Shown: positions 39,438 through 48,812 of the stretch, piece by piece | Position numbering within the stretch: position 1 is the first letter of the stretch | Layout: every line of letters begins with the position of its first letter | IMG/VR virus record: IMGVR_UViG_3300030061_004427 | Location: 1-61,623 of that record | DNA length: 61,623 nt | Direction: 5' to 3' (one strand) | DNA from: a virus | Taxonomy: Duplodnaviria > Caudoviricetes | The notes under the pieces: model-generated | What the model was told of the DNA's origin: nothing | The model's input: the letters and a program-made list of their open reading frames with translations, nothing else | The model's database searches: none | Made by a program: the position numbers and the translations under genes

Positions 39438-40195
39438 TGCATATATTTGATAAGGATAAAATATCAAAAATAGGGTACACTGATGATACAGCGTTTTCAT
39501 CGCATAGAATCTACTTAGAATATGTAGTAGATTTTCTGTATAAGAAAAACGGTAACAAACAACTTAGTATTTTAGAGTGCGGTACAGGTAACGGTAGTAG
39601 TGATTACTTTAGTAAAATTTCAAAAGAGGGAAAAGCTAAAATTTGGGGTATAGAATATCATAATGTTCCACCTGAAAACTGGTATGAACAAATGAAAGAA
39701 AAATATGCAAACGAAAACTACAAAATTACTCATGAGCAACAGGGTATATGGGTTTTTGGTTCAGAATATTTTCATAAGTTGGACGATCACTACGATATAA
39801 TTTTTATAGATACAAGTGGGTACGAAAACAGAGCAAACTGGGTAAAATTTGCAGCAAACGATACCAGTAAAGTAGTAATTCTTCACGATAGCGAACACTT
39901 TCATAGATTTAAACCCTGGTTATTAGAATGGGTAACAAAGAATTTTAAATTTGTTTATGATTCATGGCCTATACAGGAACCCGGGACGTTGTTTGCTAGT
40001 AATATTAATTTACAGTGTAATTTAAAATATGAAGGAAGGCACGACGATTTACCTGACAGAACAGAACAGCCAGAAATGGATCCCGAAGTTCATGGATTCC
40101 CAAAACAATGTCATAATGAGATCTCAAAGGAGGAACAGATGAAGAGATATGAAGACTCTCTCAAAGAAGATGATTGGGGTCACCAACCTTGCTAA
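39437..40195 (+). CDS. putative SAM-dependent methyltransferase
   Basis: ILECGTG.GSS, GIE, YDIIFID, R......VILHDS. Confidence 0.7.
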   Translation: MHIFDKDKISKIGYTDDTAFSSHRIYLEYVVDFLYKKNGNKQLSILECGTGNGSSDYFSKISKEGKAKIWGIEYHNVPPENWYEQMKEKYANENYKITHEQQGIWVFGSEYFHKLDDHYDIIFIDTSGYENRANWVKFAANDTSKVVILHDSEHFHRFKPWLLEWVTKNFKFVYDSWPIQEPGTLFASNINLQCNLKYEGRHDDLPDRTEQPEMDPEVHGFPKQCHNEISKEEQMKRYEDSLKEDDWGHQPC

Positions 40196-40378
40196 TTAGT
40201 ATAAAATAGGTAAACAGAGTGCTACAGTAAAATAACTTTGTAATTCTGCATCAGCTAATAAGTTTGCAACCCCCATATCCTGATTAGGAAAAGGAAAATT
40301 TCCACTGCCTGATAATTTAGTAGAACTCGTACCGGTGAAGCGGGTATCTAAATATTGATAACCTAATTCTACTTCCAT
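40196..40378 (-). CDS. small hypothetical protein
   Basis: 60 aa; starts 2 nt after the upstream stop and fills the gap exactly. Confidence 0.5.
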   Translation of the reverse strand: MEVELGYQYLDTRFTGTSSTKLSGSGNFPFPNQDMGVANLLADAELQSYFTVALCLPILY

Positions 40379-40379
40379 T

Positions 40380-40934
40380 TTAATAATCTTCTAATTCTTC
40401 GGACTCTTTATCAGTAGCAGTAAAATCTTGATACGCTTCGATTTCTCCTAACTTATCGGGATCTACATCATCTACAGGGGCTTCCTCTTCACCAAAAACT
40501 TCATCTAATAACCCCAACAGAATCATATCTTTTAAGATTTTTTCTGCCTCTTTTTGATCTTCTATTTTTGAAGCAAAGTCAACAATTTCTTTTGCTGTGG
40601 TTGGCCTAACTTCTACAAAACCAACTATATCTTTTTGTAACCCTTTTAACGGGGTTTCATAAGCTGCGTCTGCTACCTTAAATTTTCGCTTACCTAAAGC
40701 AACTTTTTCTTTTTCCACCGGCTTTTTAAATCTAGTAGATCTGCTTCTTGCTCCCCCACCACCACGAATACCCTTAATTCTCATCATCATCTCATAATAT
40801 GATTCTTTTCTTTCTTCTCCTGTCTCAGGGTCGGCAACAACTTTTCTTACTCTATCTTCAAACTGTTTTTTTCTTCCTTCTGTTAAAGACTCTTGGTAAG
40901 ATTCGTAAAGAAACTGGGTATCTTTATCTTTCAT
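40380..40934 (-). CDS. hypothetical late protein with CTS-like N-terminus
   Basis: TAAATA-N7-ATG; MKDKDTQFLYESYQESLTE. Confidence 0.65.
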   Translation of the reverse strand: MKDKDTQFLYESYQESLTEGRKKQFEDRVRKVVADPETGEERKESYYEMMMRIKGIRGGGGARSRSTRFKKPVEKEKVALGKRKFKVADAAYETPLKGLQKDIVGFVEVRPTTAKEIVDFASKIEDQKEAEKILKDMILLGLLDEVFGEEEAPVDDVDPDKLGEIEAYQDFTATDKESEELEDY

Positions 40935-40935
40935 A

Positions 40936-40963
40936 TTGAAATATTTATTAGATACTTTATAAT
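40936..40963 (+). promoter_or_regulatory. sigma70-like promoter overlapping an opposite-strand late promoter
   Basis: TTGAAA-N16-TATAAT-N8-ATG; TATTTA (40942-47) lies in the spacer. Confidence 0.65.
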
Positions 40964-40971
40964 ATAAACAA

Positions 40972-41613
40972 ATGTGTGCAATATTTGGTACTTCAGATAG
41001 ACAACAATTTATAACGTTGTATGAACTTAATAAAGATAGGGGTGGTTATGCATCTACTTTTTGTGGTATAAAAGATGGTAAGTTACATGTTTTTAAAAAT
41101 AAACTATTTGATTTAGATAATGTATACTTAGAGGATTGGGATTATTATTTGGGTCATCATCAAGCTCCTACTGGTAAAGTACGGAAATATAGTGAAAAGA
41201 CTTCTCATCCATTTAACTATGGAAGGTGGCATGTAGCTCATAATGGTGTTTTAACCAATTATAGAGATATAACAGAATCAAGTGATACCAAAGACATAGA
41301 TACATCATATATTCCAGCGTTTATGGAAGAATTAGATTATTTACCGGTAAAATGGGATGATAAACAAATATTAGAAGAAACATTTAGTGCATTTAAAGGA
41401 ACCCATACATGTTGGATTTGGGACGATAAAAATAGTATTGTATATTTAACTAAAAATGGTAGTACTTTATTTTCAAATGGTACAACATTTTCATCAGTTC
41501 AATATGATGGTGGTAAACCGTTATTAGATGGATATGTATATATGATGCATGAAGGCTCAGCATTTTTAGAGTATGTAAAATTCGAAGACAGCAACCCGTT
41601 TGCAGTTTTATAA
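40972..41613 (+). CDS. class II (Ntn) glutamine amidotransferase, stand-alone
   Basis: N-terminal M-C-A-I-F-G, RG, GH.QAPT, HPF, AHNG.L.N, DT. Confidence 0.85.
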   Translation: MCAIFGTSDRQQFITLYELNKDRGGYASTFCGIKDGKLHVFKNKLFDLDNVYLEDWDYYLGHHQAPTGKVRKYSEKTSHPFNYGRWHVAHNGVLTNYRDITESSDTKDIDTSYIPAFMEELDYLPVKWDDKQILEETFSAFKGTHTCWIWDDKNSIVYLTKNGSTLFSNGTTFSSVQYDGGKPLLDGYVYMMHEGSAFLEYVKFEDSNPFAVL

Positions 41614-41617
41614 AACT

Positions 41618-42196
41618 ATGCAAGATTTATTAGATTATAAAGAGACTTTAGATCCAAGTAACCGTGCTATCTATGACTTATTTGAAAAATATAAACCCGA
41701 TTCTGGTATATTTGTAGAAACCGGTTGTCATTTAGGGGGTGGGTTAACTAAAGCAGTACATGTTGGTTTTACTAAACTGTATTCATGTGATATAAATTTA
41801 GAAAGGGTAGAACATTCAATTGAGTTAATGTCAGAAATGGCCATGTATGGTTCAATAATTGACCCTTGTATTTTTAACTCCGAGTCTATTGTTTTTCTAA
41901 TGAACGTTTTACCACTTATACAAGATGATCAAGTTATGTTTTGGCTCGATGCTCATGATGAGGGTGGTGGGGTACCTGTTCTACAAGAACTTGATTTAAT
42001 AAAAGCAATATGTAAAAATAAAAATAGCCCCATCTTAATTGATGACGTGCCTCTTTATCTAGAAGAAGAGGGGGTTGATTATCTTAAAAAAACAATTTTA
42101 GAAATAAATGAAAACTACGAATTTGAACAAATTAAAACTAACGATGGTGGTAATTATGTTATTGCTGCTAGCGTAGTTGAAAAAGAGGAAAAGTAG
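41618..42196 (+). CDS. methyltransferase-like protein
   Basis: FVETG...G.G, SCDI, S..FL, FWLDAH, P...EL..I, ILIDD. Confidence 0.7.
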   Translation: MQDLLDYKETLDPSNRAIYDLFEKYKPDSGIFVETGCHLGGGLTKAVHVGFTKLYSCDINLERVEHSIELMSEMAMYGSIIDPCIFNSESIVFLMNVLPLIQDDQVMFWLDAHDEGGGVPVLQELDLIKAICKNKNSPILIDDVPLYLEEEGVDYLKKTILEINENYEFEQIKTNDGGNYVIAASVVEKEEK

Positions 42197-42209
42197 TTAT
42201 AATACTGAT

Positions 42210-43292
42210 ATGAAGACAGCTTTAGTATGTGGTGCAGGTGGTTTTATTGGTAACCATCTTGTTAGTAGGCTTAAAAAAGAAGGTTATTGGGTACGTGGTG
42301 TGGATCTAAAGCACCCAGATTACGAAGAATCACAAGCCGATGAATTTATAACAGGTGATTTAACAGAAAAAGATATAGTTGAAAGGTGCATTAGAACTGG
42401 AAGCTATTACGGTACTGTACCAAAACAATATCAAGGACAATTTGATGAAATATATCAATTAGCTGCTGATATGGGTGGAGCCGGGTATATTTTTACCGGT
42501 GAACATGATGCAAACGTTATGAGAAATTCAGCAACTATTAATTTACATATCTTAGATGCAATAAACCGGTTAAACCAATTTGTTAAAACCCCTTGGTATA
42601 ACGATTCTCGAGTTTTACCATATGATGAGGTTACAACTAAGATTTTTTATAGCAGTTCTGCATGTATGTACCCTGAACATAATCAATTAGATCCTGATAA
42701 TCCTAATTGTGAAGAAAGTTCAGCATATCCTGCTGCACCTGATAGTGAGTATGGTTGGGAAAAGTTATTTTCCGAAAGGCTATACCTTGCATATCAACGA
42801 AATTATAACATTCCATGTGCTATTGCTAGATTTCATAACATATACGGTCCAAAAGGTACTTGGAAAGGTGGTAGAGAAAAAGCTCCAGCTGCTATTTGCA
42901 GAAAAGTAGTGTTAGCCAAAGAAGGTGAAGATATCGAAATATGGGGTGACGGTACACAAACACGGTCTTTTCTATATATAGATGAATGTATAAATGGTAT
43001 AAGAAAATTAATGGAGTCAGACTGGTCAGGTCCAGTAAATCTAGGATCAGACGAAATGGTTACCATTAATGCATTAGTAGAAACTGCAGAAACCGTCGCC
43101 GGTAAAAAACTGGGTAGAAAATATGTTGAAGGACCACTAGGAGTAAGAGGTAGGAATAGTGATAACAAACTTATACAAGAAAAGCTCGATTGGTCACCTC
43201 ACTACCCCCTTATTAAAGGTATACAACAGACGTACGATTGGATTTGGGATCAAATCAACCAAGAATCGATCGTTGATCATTCAAGTATATAA
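42210..43292 (+). CDS. GDP-mannose 3,5-epimerase-like NAD-dependent epimerase
   Basis: GAGGFIG, LAADMGGAGYI, SSACMYP, YGWEK, GGREKAPAA; start moved to ATG 42210. Confidence 0.9.
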   Translation: MKTALVCGAGGFIGNHLVSRLKKEGYWVRGVDLKHPDYEESQADEFITGDLTEKDIVERCIRTGSYYGTVPKQYQGQFDEIYQLAADMGGAGYIFTGEHDANVMRNSATINLHILDAINRLNQFVKTPWYNDSRVLPYDEVTTKIFYSSSACMYPEHNQLDPDNPNCEESSAYPAAPDSEYGWEKLFSERLYLAYQRNYNIPCAIARFHNIYGPKGTWKGGREKAPAAICRKVVLAKEGEDIEIWGDGTQTRSFLYIDECINGIRKLMESDWSGPVNLGSDEMVTINALVETAETVAGKKLGRKYVEGPLGVRGRNSDNKLIQEKLDWSPHYPLIKGIQQTYDWIWDQINQESIVDHSSI

Positions 43293-43307
43293 TCTATACT
43301 AGTTTAT

Positions 43308-44639
43308 ATGTCAGTAAACTCTTTGGATTTAGAATACTACGAAAATGTAGTACTATATAAATGCATTACAGATCCGAGATACCTTGGGTCTATAATTGAT
43401 CACGTTCATCCACGGTATTTTGACAATAAAAATTATAGAAGTATAATTTCAATTATAAAAGCATTCTTTATTAAAAGACAAACAATACCGAGTGCTACAG
43501 AAATTGCATCTTATTGTACTACCCCTGAATTAAAACTTAATTTAAAACAAACTCTATTAAAAATAGATCAATTAGACAAATCATTTAACAACGACGAGCT
43601 GTATACAAACACGGAAAGATTTTTAAAAGAAAAGTCCGTGTATCATACTATGTTAGACGTTGCAGATGACTGTTCAAAAGGTAAGGTTGAACCAACAGAA
43701 ATATTTGACAAGTTTGAAAAGTGTTGTGGTATTAATTTATCGGTAGATCTTGGGTTTGATCTTCTTGTAGACCATGAAAAGTTAATTGAAAACCTTCAAA
43801 TCGATGAACCAACCATACCATCAGGTTGGGCATGGGTAGATGAAATGTTAGATGGTGGGTTTCTTGAAAATGGTCGTTCTATTTATGTGTTTGCTGGTGA
43901 AACTAATGTTGGTAAGTCTATTTTCTTGGGTAACATAGCAGTAAACATGGCCAAACAAGGTAAAACGGTGTTGGTGGTGTCACTTGAAATGAGTGAACTA
44001 ATGTATGCTAAGAGACTTGCAGGTAATCTTACTGGACTAGAAATTAATAATCTAAGACATGAAATTCCAGAGTTAAGAACCAAGATGCAAAAAGAAGTTA
44101 TTGAAAACCCAACAGGTAAGTTATTAATTAAAGAATTTCCACCAAGTACTATAACAGCATCACAGTTAGGGGCGTTTATGAAGAAGATAGAACAAAAAGG
44201 CATCAAGATTGATGCGTTAGTTCTCGATTACGTTAACTTAATGCATTCACCAATTGGTAATAATAGTTATGAACGTGTAAAATATGCAACAGAACAAGTT
44301 AGAGCGTTATCTTATACCCATAACTGCCCTATTATAACAGCAACACAGTTAAATAGGTCCGGTTACGATACGCAAGACCCAGGATTAGACACTATTGGTG
44401 AAAGTATGGGGTTAGCAATGACTGCAGATGCAATATTTTCAATATTTCAGAACGAAGAAGACAGGGGTTTAGATCAAATAAGGTTAGGTGTTATGAAGAA
44501 CCGATTTGGACCAAACTTTGGTGCTACAGAAATGAGTATACACTACCCAACGTTAACTATAAGTGATGGAGGTAGCCAAGATATGGGTAATGCGGCTGCT
44601 AACGTTATGGGTGCTATAGAAGCCCTAGCCAATGGTTGA
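43308..44639 (+). CDS. 41: replicative DnaB-like helicase gp41
   Basis: GETNVGKS, SLEMSE, IKEFP, DYVNL, TATQLNR.G, ES.GL..TAD, KNRFG. Confidence 0.93.
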   Translation: MSVNSLDLEYYENVVLYKCITDPRYLGSIIDHVHPRYFDNKNYRSIISIIKAFFIKRQTIPSATEIASYCTTPELKLNLKQTLLKIDQLDKSFNNDELYTNTERFLKEKSVYHTMLDVADDCSKGKVEPTEIFDKFEKCCGINLSVDLGFDLLVDHEKLIENLQIDEPTIPSGWAWVDEMLDGGFLENGRSIYVFAGETNVGKSIFLGNIAVNMAKQGKTVLVVSLEMSELMYAKRLAGNLTGLEINNLRHEIPELRTKMQKEVIENPTGKLLIKEFPPSTITASQLGAFMKKIEQKGIKIDALVLDYVNLMHSPIGNNSYERVKYATEQVRALSYTHNCPIITATQLNRSGYDTQDPGLDTIGESMGLAMTADAIFSIFQNEEDRGLDQIRLGVMKNRFGPNFGATEMSIHYPTLTISDGGSQDMGNAAANVMGAIEALANG

Positions 44640-44668
44640 GAATCGTAGTAAAAATCATAAATTTCTAA

Positions 44669-45571
44669 ATGAACGGTAAAGATTACGTATTTACTGATTC
44701 GGATTTAGATGGGGTTGGTAGTTTTTTAGTACTCAAATGGATACTTGATACGGAAATTTCCTACAAAACCACCACCCATAAGAATTTTAGGGGGGACTTT
44801 GTAAAGTTTCTCAGTAAAAATAAAATTTCCGAATTTGATACAATTTATATCTGTGATTTAAATGTTAGTGACCACTCAGATTTACTTAATTATAAAAATA
44901 TTGTTGTTATTGACCATCATAATGGTAAAGACAATTACGATGAGTTTACAAAACCTACTTTAGTGTTAGATAGTGACTACACTTCTACTACAAAGCTGGT
45001 ATTGAAGTATGGTCTGGATACAATTCCCAATACTAACACAAAACTTACAGGTGCTAAAGCTAAATTAATACAGTTGGTGGATGATTATGATAGTTACAAG
45101 TTATCTCATGAAGAAAGCTTGGGTGTTAATCATGTTTTGTGGAGCTATACAGGTGATAGAGTTGCTAAATTTATACAAGAGTTTGGTGATGGGTTTAGTG
45201 GTTTTAGTTTACATCAAAAAAACATGGTTGTGTTAGCTAATAACAAGATCCACGATCAAGTAGAGAATGGAGAAGCGTTTTCTTATAAGACAAACATTGA
45301 CGGTAAACCATATAAACTAATTTCTTCGGTTTGTTCCCATAATATTAACGAAGTTGCATCTGGGTTGTTAAAGAAGCATGCTTCAGACATTGTATTCATA
45401 ATAAATCCAAAATCTCACAGCGTTAGTGTACGGAAACGGTCAGGTGTAAGTGTAAATCTTAATAAACTTGCCGGTAAACTAATTGATGGAGGTGGTCATA
45501 CTGATTCAGCTGGTGGAAAGCTGACAGAGGCATTTTTAAAGTTCACTAAACTCTTTAAAGTTGAAGTATGA
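44669..45571 (+). CDS. DHH/DHHA1 phosphoesterase
   Basis: D.DLDG, ICDL, IDHH, DDYD, S.R, GGGH..SAG. Confidence 0.88.
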   Translation: MNGKDYVFTDSDLDGVGSFLVLKWILDTEISYKTTTHKNFRGDFVKFLSKNKISEFDTIYICDLNVSDHSDLLNYKNIVVIDHHNGKDNYDEFTKPTLVLDSDYTSTTKLVLKYGLDTIPNTNTKLTGAKAKLIQLVDDYDSYKLSHEESLGVNHVLWSYTGDRVAKFIQEFGDGFSGFSLHQKNMVVLANNKIHDQVENGEAFSYKTNIDGKPYKLISSVCSHNINEVASGLLKKHASDIVFIINPKSHSVSVRKRSGVSVNLNKLAGKLIDGGGHTDSAGGKLTEAFLKFTKLFKVEV

Positions 45572-45861
45572 AATACGAAAATCACAATCCAGTAGAACAT
45601 ACCCACAATAAAGAGATGGCGCATGCGTTCATGGGGTTTTGTTCCTTTGTTTCTATTTTAAATAACAAAAAAGTAAACCTTCCTAACATTTTTATTCTGT
45701 TGCTTAAAGATAAAAAGCTCAGAACACTGTTTAAGGAACAAGTTGATATCGATACCGACTTTGAAATGGTTAAATTGTTTTTATTTTATGATCCATCATT
45801 ACATAAGAGCAAATATATCATGAAATACATTAATAGTAGTAAAAACAAATTGATTCATTAG
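45568..45861 (+). CDS. hypothetical protein
   Basis: 97 aa, translationally coupled; sits where T4 has gene 33 but no motif was recognised. Confidence 0.6.
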   Translation: MKYENHNPVEHTHNKEMAHAFMGFCSFVSILNNKKVNLPNIFILLLKDKKLRTLFKEQVDIDTDFEMVKLFLFYDPSLHKSKYIMKYINSSKNKLIH

Positions 45862-45883
45862 TGGATATAACTATAATTAGTTA

Positions 45884-46546
45884 GTGACAGAATTCGAAAA
45901 GCTAATTTATAACACCCATCTTAAAGTAAGTAGGGTAACTAAAAACAAACCTTATAAGTTCCGTACAAATTTCGATAACCTAGAAGAAGATAAACAGTTT
46001 TTGTGTAAAAAGTTAGCTCACTTCTTTACAAAGCACAAAAATATCAATCTAGATAGGTTTTTCTATGCTCCATTTAAAATTTACCAAGACAACCCTATAT
46101 TAGATTTAAAATTTTATACTTCTCTTAAAGCTTGTAAGTTATATTTCGATTATGTTAACAGTTTGAATAGATCTGAAATTGATTCCAAAGAAAACAAAGA
46201 CTTCTTTTCGAATTCTGGGTTGTTTATAACAAAATACTGTTGCAAACACAAGATCAAATGGGATAGTTACATAACTCATAAAGAAAACAAGACAGATCGA
46301 CTTAATTCCTTTTTTTCTCATTTAAAATCGGGGAATGTTTCAGTATATATGCTTTATACCTTTCCAGAGTTCTCATCTGAATATAAAAAAGCTGATAGAG
46401 AGGTAGTTGAGATGATGCTCAAGGGAGTAATTGATGATATCGGTGTATATCGTGTAAAATTTTACAATTGTAAAGAGGATTTAAAAAAATATTTCGGTAA
46501 GGTTACTAAGCTATGCAAAAAAAGAGTGGATACATTAGTCGGATAA
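45884..46546 (+). CDS. probable gp59-like helicase loader
   Basis: 220 aa, basic, directly upstream of gene 32 as in T4; only weak motif resemblance; TTGATT-N16-TATAAT-N6-GTG. Confidence 0.5.
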   Translation: MTEFEKLIYNTHLKVSRVTKNKPYKFRTNFDNLEEDKQFLCKKLAHFFTKHKNINLDRFFYAPFKIYQDNPILDLKFYTSLKACKLYFDYVNSLNRSEIDSKENKDFFSNSGLFITKYCCKHKIKWDSYITHKENKTDRLNSFFSHLKSGNVSVYMLYTFPEFSSEYKKADREVVEMMLKGVIDDIGVYRVKFYNCKEDLKKYFGKVTKLCKKRVDTLVG

Positions 46547-46620
46547 TATATAATTATGTTAGTACGGTAATGAATGTTACCTCTACGAAAAATTAACGAA
46601 CAAATATTAAAAATTATAAA
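46527..46620 (+). promoter_or_regulatory. promoter and ~60-nt structured then A-rich leader of gene 32
   Basis: TGGATA-N16-TATAAT (46549-54); GGTAA/TTACC hairpin at 46566-46581; A-rich tract up to the ATG. Confidence 0.55.
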
Positions 46621-47490
46621 ATGACAGATATTAAATCATTATTCGAGAGTATTAAAACTGAGATGACAAAAGACTCCGGTCAGACAAACCGTTCTCAGTT
46701 TCTAAGAACAGAAGTCGGCAATACTTATACAGTGCGTTTATTGCCTAATGTAAAGGATGCAAGTAAAACATTCTTTCATTATTATACGCACGGGTGGACT
46801 TCATTCGCCACCGGTCAATACATTAATCAGATTAGCCCACAAACGTGGGGTGAGCGTGATCCAATTGGTGAAGCTCGTTATCGTATTACTAAAACCGGTA
46901 GTGAAGAAGAGAAAGAAAAGGCCAAAGCGATCTTGCGTCGTGAAAATTGGATGGTAAACGTGTATGTGGTGAATGATCCCGTTAATCCTGACAATAACGG
47001 CACAAACAAGTTGTTGCGTTTTGGTAGACAGCTTCATAAAGTTATTATGGAAGCTATGCAAGGTGATGAAGCCGAAGAGTTAGGCCCACGCATCTTTGAT
47101 CTAGGTAAGAATGGGTGCGATTTTCGTATTAAGGTTGAGAAGCAAGGCGACTTTCCTACATACGTATCGTCAAAATTCGGTATGCCCAAAGCAATTGAAG
47201 GCATGGATGACAACAAAGCAAAAGAAACGTATGATACCATATCAGATCTTGAAAGTGTCTTCACGGTGAAGAGTTTTGATGAACTAAAAGATATGTTGAA
47301 TGAGCATTTCTATTGCATAAGTACAGATGATGTTGCAAGTACAACAACCACAACGGTTATTGAACAAAAAGCAGCTGAACCTACTAAGTCTGAAGAGAAA
47401 AGTGAACCAGAATCAAGCACTTCGAACAATACTGACAGCGAAGATGATGATATTGCTAACTTGCTTAACAGCTTAGAAGACATCAAATAA
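46621..47490 (+). CDS. 32: single-stranded DNA-binding protein gp32
   Basis: VRLLP, YY.HG, DPI, NVYVVNDP.NP.NNG, FG..., FD...G..F..K, Y.SS.F, acidic tail. Confidence 0.9.
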   Translation: MTDIKSLFESIKTEMTKDSGQTNRSQFLRTEVGNTYTVRLLPNVKDASKTFFHYYTHGWTSFATGQYINQISPQTWGERDPIGEARYRITKTGSEEEKEKAKAILRRENWMVNVYVVNDPVNPDNNGTNKLLRFGRQLHKVIMEAMQGDEAEELGPRIFDLGKNGCDFRIKVEKQGDFPTYVSSKFGMPKAIEGMDDNKAKETYDTISDLESVFTVKSFDELKDMLNEHFYCISTDDVASTTTTTVIEQKAAEPTKSEEKSEPESSTSNNTDSEDDDIANLLNSLEDIK

Positions 47491-48050
47491 TGGATAACGA
47501 ATCTAGACCACCGCAGAGGCAAATGCCGCCTGGGGAACCACCTCCTGGTGAGGTACCAGTAGCACCGGTGAACCATAATGCAGGTTTAGACCCAGACTTC
47601 GATCCGGGGGTAGGGCAACCTCCCCCGGATGATCCATATAGTGATGCAATGGCCATAAGAGGTCTTTTTGGAGCAGTACATAATGATTTAGCACAACTAA
47701 ATGAACACTTGGTTAGTGAATCTTCTGGTTTAAGATCAAAAAATGTAGATAAAAACGTAATGGATAGAGATATTCTAAAAGTTATGGGTCAAAATCCACA
47801 ACAACAACAATTGCAACAGCAACAACAACCTGGACAAGTGGCACATCATGTACACCCGCAAGCTCCTCAACAAGCTCCCGTAATACAGCCTGAACAAAAT
47901 CAACACGACCCAAACCAAATTGAATTCAATTTTGATAATTCAGCCACTGCACAAGATATATTCAATAGATTATCTGATATAGAAAGAGATCAAACTAAAA
48001 TATTGAAATTGTTAAACGGTATTAAAGACTCGTTGGCTACCGACGATTAA
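47490..48050 (+). CDS. Pro/Gln-rich low-complexity protein with C-terminal coiled coil
   Basis: TAATG overlap with gene 32; DPNQIEFNF motif. Confidence 0.65.
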   Translation: MDNESRPPQRQMPPGEPPPGEVPVAPVNHNAGLDPDFDPGVGQPPPDDPYSDAMAIRGLFGAVHNDLAQLNEHLVSESSGLRSKNVDKNVMDRDILKVMGQNPQQQQLQQQQQPGQVAHHVHPQAPQQAPVIQPEQNQHDPNQIEFNFDNSATAQDIFNRLSDIERDQTKILKLLNGIKDSLATDD

Positions 48051-48092
48051 AAAACTAACTTGTAAATCAAAGATTAAAGGCTATAATAAGTT

Positions 48093-48812
48093 ATGGTCAT
48101 TAATATCAAAAATAAAAACCAATTTGTTACAGGTTACTTGCGCCCTATTAGTGCTTTAACCGATGCAGTAATCTTAAAGACAAAAGATAATAAATTGGAA
48201 TGTATTGCAAATAATGAACAAGGGCTTATTATTTACGCATCTTACGATTTAGACGTCCAGTCAGATTTGGTTTTAAACATCCCTAACATTAAGAAGTTAG
48301 AAAAGATTTTATCATTTATAGAATCAGACGATATTGACTTAACATATAAAGAAAATTCGTTATCTTATAAAGACAAAAAGATGCGATTTAAGTATCATTT
48401 TCTTGATGACAATATTATACAGGCTCCTAAACTAAGTGTAGAAAAAATAATGAGCTTACCTTATGATATTGAATTTAATATTGATTCATCTAAGATAAGC
48501 GAACTTGCAAAAGGTGCAGCATTTGTAGCAGAGTCTGAAAAATTATATATTAATATTTCTGAAGGTAAAATATTTGCAGAAATAACAGATAGATCTAATT
48601 CATCTGTAGATAGTTATTCTATTTTAATTAATGATACTGCTGAAGCTAAAGATGTTAGTTTTCCAATGCATTTTGATATAGTAAGACTTTTAGGAGCAAC
48701 AAATAATATTCGAATTAATGTAAAGATTAATACAGAACAAGGATTAAGTACTTTCGAACTAAAAACCGAGACGTCAATGTTGAAATATATTGTACCTGGT
48801 TTGCAAGTATGA
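48093..48812 (+). CDS. 45: sliding clamp (gp45/PCNA-like)
   Basis: 239 aa two-domain clamp-like pattern, C-terminal LKYIV; replication-gene context; TTGTAA-N16-TATAAT-N5-ATG. Confidence 0.75.
   Translation: MVINIKNKNQFVTGYLRPISALTDAVILKTKDNKLECIANNEQGLIIYASYDLDVQSDLVLNIPNIKKLEKILSFIESDDIDLTYKENSLSYKDKKMRFKYHFLDDNIIQAPKLSVEKIMSLPYDIEFNIDSSKISELAKGAAFVAESEKLYINISEGKIFAEITDRSNSSVDSYSILINDTAEAKDVSFPMHFDIVRLLGATNNIRINVKINTEQGLSTFELKTETSMLKYIVPGLQV

Noticed and set aside
6268-42209. TTG starts called at 6268, 29043 and 42177
   Set aside because: Each TTG coincides with a -35 box (TTGAnn); the downstream ATGs at 6304, 29079 and 42210 fit the promoter spacing
45568-45861. gp33 late co-activator
   Set aside because: Position and size fit, but no sequence resemblance was recognisable; left as hypothetical
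47790-47900. CAA/CAG triplet run as a DNA repeat element
   Set aside because: It simply encodes the poly-Gln tract of ORF 47490-48050
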